From Octopus sinensis (lineage: Eukaryota), in the NCBI RefSeq assembly GCF_006345805.1, contig NW_021828195.1, positions 1 through 8,757 of the forward strand: DNA of 8,757 bases. The letters are read 5' to 3'. Positions 1-6,645 of the stretch are shown piece after piece; the first letter of the stretch is position 1; every line of letters starts with the position of its first letter. Both the position numbers and the translations under genes were made by a program. The notes under the pieces are model-generated. The model ran no database searches. It saw only the letters and a program-made list of their open reading frames with translations, and was not told the DNA's origin.

Positions 1-308
1 GTGTATTTTCTTGTTTTCCTTTCTATTTTGATTTGTTCATTTAGAGTCCTGATAAGAATATTATAGTTGTAACTTATAATTTGGACGGCTAGAGCGTTGA
101 CACCTATTATCTTGTTTTTCACATTAAGCTCTATTTTCAGTATTAATCTAACTCGTCTACAATATGTTTTCTTGTCTTCTCTTTCATTTATGTGTGCTGT
201 ATAATATCTACTTCTCTTATTCCTAAGTATTTGTATTTCTGGCTTTTGTCTGATTCTCTTATTTCATTTGCTTTATCTGGTGCGATGTTGCTACTTTTAA
301 CTAGTTTT
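1..308 (-). mobile_element. Decayed R4/Dong-clade non-LTR retrotransposon fragment (end of RT domain plus thumb region); runs off the left edge of the window
   Basis: Manual minus-strand translation gives KLVKSSNIAPDKANEIRESDKSQKYKYLGIREVDIIQHT*MKEKTRK, then after a 1-nt frameshift YCRRVRLILKIELNVKNKIIGVNALAVQIISYNYNILIRTLNEQIKIERKTRKY. YKYLGI is at 235-218 and the in-frame TAA at 190-188. The YKYLG...MKEK...RRVRLILK.ELN.KNKI..IN.LAV...DRKTRK pattern is what I recognise as R4/Dong-type RT. It is absent from the ORF track because of the stop and frameshift. Confidence 0.75.
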
Positions 309-582
309 CAACTCCTGTTCAAAAATATATACTTTCAAACAGAAATTTAGCTGCGCCATCTCTTTCCAAGCAATAATTCTGTGTTGAGGAAGAGCAATAA
401 CCCAGAAACCACGGTCCTCAAATATTGTTTTGTGCTGAGTGGGGAAGCTAAACTCCCCTGTTCGAAAATATAAGGACACAGAGAGTGTGTCGTATAGCCA
501 GCTGGAGACGATGTTTCCTGGGGCTAAATAACAGTAGCATTCGTCCCAACCTGGATTGCAACATGTTAGCAAATAATCTTTA

Positions 583-682
<100 letters not shown>

Positions 683-685
683 GTT

Positions 686-1239
686 GAGTGAGAGAGCAGT
701 ACACGCCATCAAAGTGACATTGGGGTATAAATATACGAAGCCCAGTATACCCATCATAACCACCCGTCTGATAAGTTTACACTAGGCACATGCATCACAA
801 CCATATGTGCGCGACATGGTGATCTCATATCAAGATAAACAGCACATGACCTTGCATGTGGGGCCCAGTTAGAATTTTCTTCTGGTCGAGTAACTCATCA
901 CGCTCAAAAGGTCCCAGAATAAGGGTTGTTTAAGGATGTTGAACAAAACACCCATGTTTCCAAAGGTCAATTATCCAAACCCCAAAGAATCCCTCTCAAC
1001 ACATGGCAATGATGCTCCCCCACTAATTCTGCTCGTGATCAGAGATGCACATATCGTCAGCCACCAAGGGACATGCACAACCGGTTAAGGTCAAACAACT
1101 GACAAGCAAATCTGTGGTATTGAGCAGAATATTTGCTGTAGTCCATCTTTTATACCAAGACAAAACAATGTACATGATAACACTTCCGTTCAGTTAAGAT
1201 TAGAAGCCACGAGAGCCACTGCCTGGTACTGCATCAGGG

Positions 1240-1240
<1 letters not shown>
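686..1240 (-). mobile_element. Non-coding ~555-bp interspersed element bounded on both sides by (ATT)n; putative non-autonomous retroelement
   Basis: Complex, more GC-rich sequence with sharp boundaries against two same-orientation ATT tracts. The minus strand reads (AAT)n-GCCCTGATGCAGTACCAGG...GCTCTCTCACTC-AAC-(AAT)n. It has no long ORF, no terminal inverted repeats and no clear tRNA A/B boxes. It resembles a high-copy repeat I recall from Octopus assemblies (unverified). Strand is inferred from the AAT tail. Confidence 0.55.
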
Positions 1241-1294
<54 letters not shown>

Positions 1295-1304
1295 TTATTA
1301 TTAT
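1241..1304. repeat. (ATT)n microsatellite, decaying into GTC/ATC/GTT triplets up to about 1338
   Basis: Read directly. Confidence 0.97.
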
Positions 1305-1500
1305 CGTCGTCGCCGTCATCGTGTTCGTTGTTGCTGTTTCTATTAGCCCTTTCATCATCACTGTTAGGTATGGGTGCATATCTGTGTGCAGATATGAATA
1401 CATCGGCCGATCTTTGAGATGAGGTCTACTCGCAATGTGATGTCACCTAACATTTGGAGAGGTCGTGGCTGCTCTCGCTGAGTACAACTCAGCTTAGAGC

Positions 1501-1559
1501 GGGGCCATGCAATATAACCGGAGGTGGAGCCATGCAATATTACCGGAGGTGGGGCCATG
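1501..1559. repeat. 25-bp tandem repeat, about 2.4 copies
   Basis: GGGGCCATGCAATATAACCGGAGGT (1501-1525), GGAGCCATGCAATATTACCGGAGGT (1526-1550), GGGGCCATG (1551-1559). Two mismatches between the full units and no spacers. Confidence 0.95.
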
Positions 1560-1792
1560 TCGTATTATTTTTGTTATGAGTAGCACTTAAGTATTTTTGC
1601 TCAGATGGGATTTGCTTGAACCACTGGGGTACGTACTGAAGCTGACTTGTACTGAAGCAATACAAATTGACATTCACCCCACAATTACTCGGAATTTTAA
1701 TGAGGGTGTTTTAATGAAGGTGCTCTGGACAGAAAACTGGAAAAATATTGGTTAGAACTGTCACGGTTTTCTGGTTCTCGTTTTTTTAACAG

Positions 1793-1850
1793 ATGTCAGA
1801 CCAGATGCCGGCCATCTTGATTTCTCTCTGTTAGTGTTGATGATATTTAA
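1793..1850 (+). other. Candidate 58-nt internal exon of an unidentified host gene
   Basis: Long pyrimidine tract and acceptor GGTTTTCTGGTTCTCGTTTTTTTAACAG| (AG at 1791-1792) and donor |GTAAGA (1851-1856). One frame is open (xVRPDAGHLDFSLLVLMIFx). No recognisable protein. Confidence 0.2.
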
Positions 1851-1927
1851 GTAAGACACGATGAGGAATCTACATGGTACAAGCTCTAATCTCAGGGATC
1901 AAGAGGACATTCTGTGGGGCCTTGTAT

Positions 1928-2130
1928 ACCTACATACACACACGTGTGTGTGTTTTATATATATGTGGGTGTGTGGGTGCTTATATATATATGTGTGTAT
2001 GTGTGTACATGTGTAAATATATATGATACTAGCATTATGAACCGGCGTTGCCGGGTCATAGTGCTAGTGCATGTATATATGTGTATATATATGTGTACAT
2101 ATTACATGTACATCTATATATATACATCTA
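1928..2130. repeat. Compound (CA)/(TG)/(TA) low-complexity tract
   Basis: Read directly. It is interrupted by the 41-bp hairpin at 2028-2068. Confidence 0.9.
2028..2068. mobile_element. Helitron-type 3' terminus present on both strands (41-bp near-perfect inverted repeat)
   Basis: ACTAGCATTATGAACCGGC-GTT-GCCGGGTCATAGTGCTAGT; 17 of 19 arm positions are Watson-Crick pairs. On each strand it reads as a CCGGC-loop-GCCGG hairpin, 9 nt, then CTAG|T, the canonical Helitron 3' end geometry. Confidence 0.6.
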
Positions 2131-2199
2131 CACATAAAATACAAAATACAAAGTTATAACTTGATATCGCTAGTGATAACAATACTCAAAATATATAAC

Positions 2200-2734
2200 T
2201 GACTGGAATTGTAGGCCCGTCTCTTGCAATTTCGATCAATTGTATCTTGTCCTCCCTCTTGTATCGCTACAATCCAGCCTACCTCTACTTCTTGGGGGAC
2301 ATTTTAAATTTTATCCGGGACGTCCTACGTCCCAGATATAAAGGTAAAAATAAAATATTTCCACTTTGCAAGGTTCGAGTCGAGTACTCACTTGCACGCT
2401 CCGTTGACTCGAACCTTGCTTCTATTGTGGCGAATTTACCGCCTCTGGTTAGATACTTGATATCTTTCATAGTCGCACCAAGACATTTTTCAATGGTGCT
2501 TTCCTCCAGGTGTTCAAATGTTGTTTTTTTCTCTACATTGTATACTTTATAGACAATAGTCTTTTCTTTAATTTTATTTTTTATTTCGTTTGGTGGTGTC
2601 ATCCTAGATTCACCGTCTTTGTTGGTGATCAATCCGAAATAGGTTTGTATTTCTTCCATTTTAATTTTAATGAGTTCGCGCCCGCCGACGGCTGCAGCGA
2701 AATTCATTTTTGGACTTTCTTCTATCGAAGACAT
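2200..2734 (-). pseudogene. Frameshifted LINE ORF1 (nucleic-acid-binding, RRM-like N-terminal part)
   Basis: MSSIEESPKMNFAAAVGG...IKYLTRGGKFATIEARFESTERA...FLPLYLGRRTSRIK. After a frameshift near 2305 another frame continues VPQEVEVGWIVA, then after another shift KREDKIQLIEIARDGPTIPV. An N-terminal FAAAV motif followed by an RRM-like segment and YLGRR...VP is typical of LINE ORF1. No CCHC knuckle remains in the window. Confidence 0.55.
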
Positions 2735-3110
2735 TTTAACAAAAATTCTTCCGCATAAACGGTGAAAATATTGTCAATTTCCCCAAACAGGGACACAATT
2801 CAATTTTTAAACAATAACCAAAGCTTCTTCTCCCAAAGGGGGTGGGGTTACGGTTTACAATTATTTAACAAATGCAACACAACAACGCTTCCCTTACGAG
2901 CAACCAACAAGCGTGATAACAATAGTTAAACAGTAATAATAATAGCAACAAACCTTACGGTGAATCAAAAAGCAGTACGCAGTTGAAGCTATAGTCCTTT
3001 ATGTATAAGAAATAAACCAACAGCAGTACTCAGTAGAAGTAGCTGTTCGAGAAAACAGACATTACATACAGCCAAACTTCATATAGATACTTAAAGCTAG
3101 CTAATTAGCA
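2200..3110 (-). mobile_element. LINE fragment with putative 5'UTR and N-terminal ORF1 (probably L1/Tx1-like); no ORF2 or 3' end
   Basis: The ORF at 2734-2285 has LINE ORF1 character and is preceded by about 370 bp of complex, non-microsatellite sequence that could be a 5'UTR. The upstream boundary is approximate and the clade assignment is from memory. Confidence 0.55.
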
Positions 3111-3876
3111 GATAATCTAATGTAAAAGCCGTGGTAAACGGTATGTGTACAGCTCCATCTGGACTATTCCATTTCTGCACACTAATTTTATTTTTTTCAT
3201 GTGAAACCACTTATTCAAGTTCAAGTCATTGATGCAATTTTATACCAATTGCTATTTTTACTTTTAATTGTTATGTTACGATTTAATTATTATATTATAC
3301 TTTAGTTTGATTTTAATTATTACTTACTACATATCATTCAATTGTTATTACTATCTCCAACTTTTATTGTTAAAGTGGAAGTATCTGACATAAAATAGAG
3401 AAATGTTTTTGTTTCACTTTTAACACATAATACTGAAATAGTGGAGAAGATATGATATTGCTATGGGCTCGCCCTAGGCAAGAAGTTGAACTTTTTTGCC
3501 CATGACGCTACATGGACCCTAAGTAAGGCATGTGTAAAATTTGAATTGTTAAAAAGATTTTCAACAATTCAACTTCTCTGGTTGACATTAAGATGCCCTC
3601 CCGCAACAGGAGCCTTAACTGTCACATTTTAGATCTCCATGACCTTCATTTTTTAGGAGCAAAATCTTTTTAACAGATTCAATAACACTGGAATTTTGGA
3701 ATATGCGCATAAAAATCAGTAGTATGGGTACATGTGGCACGATTACAAAATTTTTTAGGGTGTGTAGAGGGAAATAACCCTCATCATCTGCTATTTTGAT
3801 ATGAAATTCGAAACATAGATATTCCAGTTCATACAGAAAATATAACAGAAAGTCTAATTCTTCAATTGAATGTAAA

Positions 3877-3903
3877 CCGGCCAACGCCGGGTATCTCTGC
3901 TAG
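3877..3903 (+). mobile_element. Helitron-type 3' terminus; the AT-rich body probably extends leftward (to about 3200 or further, 5' end not defined)
   Basis: CCGGC-CAAC-GCCGG hairpin (3877-3890), 9 nt (GTATCTCTG), then CTAG (3900-3903), abutting a (TA)n tract. The next base is A rather than the canonical T. Geometry matches 2028-2068. Confidence 0.65.
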
Positions 3904-3976
3904 ATATATATATATATATATATATTTTATTATATGTGTTTGTGTTTTGTGGTGTGTGTGTGTGTGGGTGTGTGTG
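3904..3976. repeat. (TA)n followed by imperfect (TG)n
   Basis: Read directly. Confidence 0.95.
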
Positions 3977-4222
3977 ATATCAGTATGCTTAGATGGATGG
4001 CTGGATGGATTATTTAAAATCTCGGATAACAACAAAAACATAGCCTAAATCTCAGTAAAGACTCAATCCGTCTAATGGCAGAATGAATATTTTATATCTT
4101 TACAACAAGCCTTACACTTGAAAACTTGTAGAATTCTTTCATTGCTCATCCATTTCTTTCTATTTTATTTTCAAATTGTTCAAAATATGGCTTCGGAACT
4201 CAAATAATACCACAACTGTAAG

Positions 4223-4414
4223 GTATATGCGTGCGTGTGTGTATACATGAATATATGTTTGAGTTCGTGTATGTACGTTTGACTATACACATATATAATA
4301 TATATACACACACACACACATATATATATATATAATATATATATAATATATATATATATATCTATATATATATATATACATAAATATATATATATATATA
4401 TAATATATATACAT

Positions 4415-4446
<32 letters not shown>

Positions 4447-4616
4447 AACAATGTATATATATATATATATTATATGCATTATACCTGTATCTATAGTATA
4501 CATCATATAATATATAATATATATATATATATATATTATAGATATATATATATGTCTGTGTATGCATACATATATATACTTATATAAACATATATATAAT
4601 GCATATGTAAAATATA
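4223..4616. repeat. Long imperfect (TA)n tract with an embedded (CA)n at about 4303-4321
   Basis: Read directly. It explains the Ile/Tyr-rich ORF at 4283-4567. Confidence 0.95.
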
Positions 4617-4863
4617 CTTCTTACATCACACTAGAAATACATCTAACACGCAAATAATATACAAGAGAACACAGCAGCAAACTGGCTTTGGTGAAATATA
4701 ACTTAATATAATGTTGACTAACTGGATAAAACTCATCTCTACGTACACATTTCTACGTTAAAATAAATCTAAATAAATTTACGAAGGTTTCGAAGTTTCA
4801 CAGTTTCTTTGCATCACAAGATTTTATCGTAACGCGTGGATATACATGAATACATACTCGCAG

Positions 4864-4970
4864 ACACACACACAGCAGCAGCACACACTCATACAGTTAC
4901 ACACAACACACACACACACACACAACACACACACACACACACACACACGCACATATATATATATATATAT
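4864..4970. repeat. Imperfect (CA)n followed by (TA)n
   Basis: Read directly. Confidence 0.95.
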
Positions 4971-5179
4971 AATATTTATAAGTTGGATGTTTCGATACAT
5001 TCAACTTTCTTATGCAGTTTCCTGCTAAAGAAGCTACGGGCTGTATTTCTACAAAGGCAGCAGGTTTGCAGAAACACAATGTGAACAGCTGTGATTTATT
5101 TTAATAAATATGCCTCCAAATACCTTTCATTCATTTGTCAACTTATTATATACATAAATTCTTCTATTTTTAATATATG

Positions 5180-5400
5180 TACATTTATACATACGCATCC
5201 ACACACATGCATATCAATACACTATATACATACATATATATATAATATATATATATATATTATATACATATATATGATATGTTATGTATACGTGTATGTA
5301 TATATATATATATATATATGTGTGTGGTGGTGTGTGTGTGTGGTGTGTTGTGTGTGTCTGTGTGGTGTGTGTGTGTGTGTACGTGTGTGTGTGTGTGTGT
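5180..5400. repeat. Imperfect (TA)n followed by (TG)n
   Basis: Read directly. Confidence 0.95.
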
Positions 5401-5859
5401 AGTAAACAATTCTTAGAATACGACTGAATTATATTTTCGTTTGCAAAATTCTAGTAAACAACCTCAATAAACCAATCGTTAGCTAAGGGCAATATAAATT
5501 AATATAATGTTATGTAGTCTAACAAAATTAAATACAAATCTAGTTAAATATGCTTCCTTTGGAATTAAATTAGACTCCATAGTAATATAACTGCATACAC
5601 ACGAACATACACACACATACACATGTACACAAAGAAATACGTACGTACACAGTTGTACGAAATGTGACTGCGTGGCAACTATTGCTGTTTACAGTGAAAT
5701 CTCCTCTGTCTGTAGGTGGGTTTGTTAAAGCCAAATATAAAAAAAATATTTCGATTGTCTCATTGTATATACTTACAGTATATATATTGGACAACCATCG
5801 CTCATAGCTTATAAGGCCAGACTATAACGACTACAGCTATGTTAAAACGTTCATATGTA

Positions 5860-5964
5860 CATAAATATATGCACACAAACTTGCAAACACATGTATGTAT
5901 CTGTGTGAAAGAGTGTGTATATGTATATATATGTTGTGTGTGTGTGTGTGTGTATGTATGTATA
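5860..5964. repeat. Compound (TA)/(TG)/(TATG) tract
   Basis: Read directly. A smaller CA/TA patch lies at about 5593-5650. Confidence 0.85.
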
Positions 5965-6320
5965 GGTAGAGGGTAGCGATTTTCTTCACTACTTCAGGGA
6001 GTGACGACCCTGCCTGACACGAGACCCAGGCTCAGCTGGCTCCGGCTGACAGTACCCGGTATGGGCCGCTATCCAGGGTTACGGAAAGGAGACAACCTTC
6101 AAAGATATACGGAGTGGAGTCCCGTAGGCGGTTTAGTGTTCGACTCGACACTCTTCCGGCAGCTCCTGCAACCAAGCTGGAGCGAAAAGTAATGCTCTAC
6201 ACTCCTTTGGACTACGTCAGCAAGGTTGAGAGCGGAATCCTGACGATTGGGCTACCCAGGATTTTCTTACATCTAGCCCAGGCCTGCGCAAAACTGTAGA
6301 GAAAACTGGAGAGGACATGA
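5965..6320 (+). mobile_element. GC-rich structured segment resembling the 5' leader of an RTE-clade LINE; coding region absent
   Basis: Abrupt GC-rich island in AT-rich DNA. The string GGAGTCCC...CTTCCGGCAGCTCCTGCAACCAAGCTGG...CCTTTGGAC...TGGGC...CCCAGGA...GCCCAGGC.TGCGC...CTGGAGAGG matches my recollection of RTE-family 5' regions upstream of the APE endonuclease ORF (not verified by search). No endonuclease or RT sequence follows. Boundaries are approximate. Confidence 0.55.
6236..6280 (+). other. Predicted H-type RNA pseudoknot with two perfect 7-bp stems
   Basis: Stem 1 AATCCTG (6236-6242) pairs with CAGGATT (6257-6263). Stem 2 TGGGCTA (6248-6254) pairs with TAGCCCA (6274-6280). Loops are 5, 2 and 10 nt. 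Confidence 0.6.
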
Positions 6321-6645
6321 AATGTAAAAACCAGACTGGATTAGTTTATGTGCAACTACATTTTCTCCCGAGACAAAAGGATGTCAACAACAATAGCAAT
6401 ATATATACATATAATAGAAAATGGAATGAACGATATTCTTTGTTTCATATACCGATTTTTAAATAAGACAGTCATTTCATTTTCTATCATTTGTCTAATT
6501 ATATAAATTCTACGTATACTGGAAATTCTTGATTATATATCCAGTAGCTGGAGCATTTCTACTGCATGATGACATCAGGTAGCCAATGACTGCGGGCGAG
6601 ATTTGAATTACTTTCTTACAAGGTTTTTACTCGAATATTATTTAA

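Noticed and set aside
297-572. 91-aa minus-strand ORF (and likewise the 89-aa ORF at 3615-3884)
   Set aside because: No recognisable motif, out of frame with the adjacent RT remnant, and of a length expected by chance.
1501-1559. 25-bp direct repeats as a possible CRISPR array
   Set aside because: The units abut with no spacers, there are under three copies, no cas genes are present and the context is eukaryotic.
1795-1830. GHLDFS peptide resembling the DxPGHVDFS motif of translation-factor GTPases
   Set aside because: The G3 DxxG spacing is wrong (PDAG) and there is no flanking similarity.
2247-2758. Plus-strand ORFs 2247-2552 and 2510-2758
   Set aside because: They are antisense shadows of the LINE ORF1.
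4133-4222. Possible exon ending at CT|GTAAGG or AAG|GTATAT
   Set aside because: The acceptor is weak and the peptide low-complexity; two of three frames contain stops and none is recognisable.
1914-5794. Ile/Tyr-, Val/Cys- and His/Thr-rich ORFs (1914, 3866, 4283, 4836, 4846, 4897, 5091, 5570)
   Set aside because: They are stop-free by virtue of TA/TG/CA dinucleotide repeats and show no domain character.
5777-5821. Possible 45-nt minus-strand exon (SGLISYERWLSNIYT) with a perfect GTAAGT donor
   Set aside because: The acceptor lacks a pyrimidine tract, the EF-hand-like look fails at position 12 (R, not E), and no partner exon was found.
6008-6095. GACCCTG/CAGGGTT 7-bp helix with a terminal G-U, as a possible HDV-like ribozyme P1
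   Set aside because: There is no UCC-N-CG-type L3, no P1.1 GG after the helix and no convincing P2 or J4/2.
6240-6295. CTGACGA followed by a stem, as a possible hammerhead ribozyme core
   Set aside because: The required GAAA after stem II is missing (GGCC follows) and no stem III/NUH can be built.
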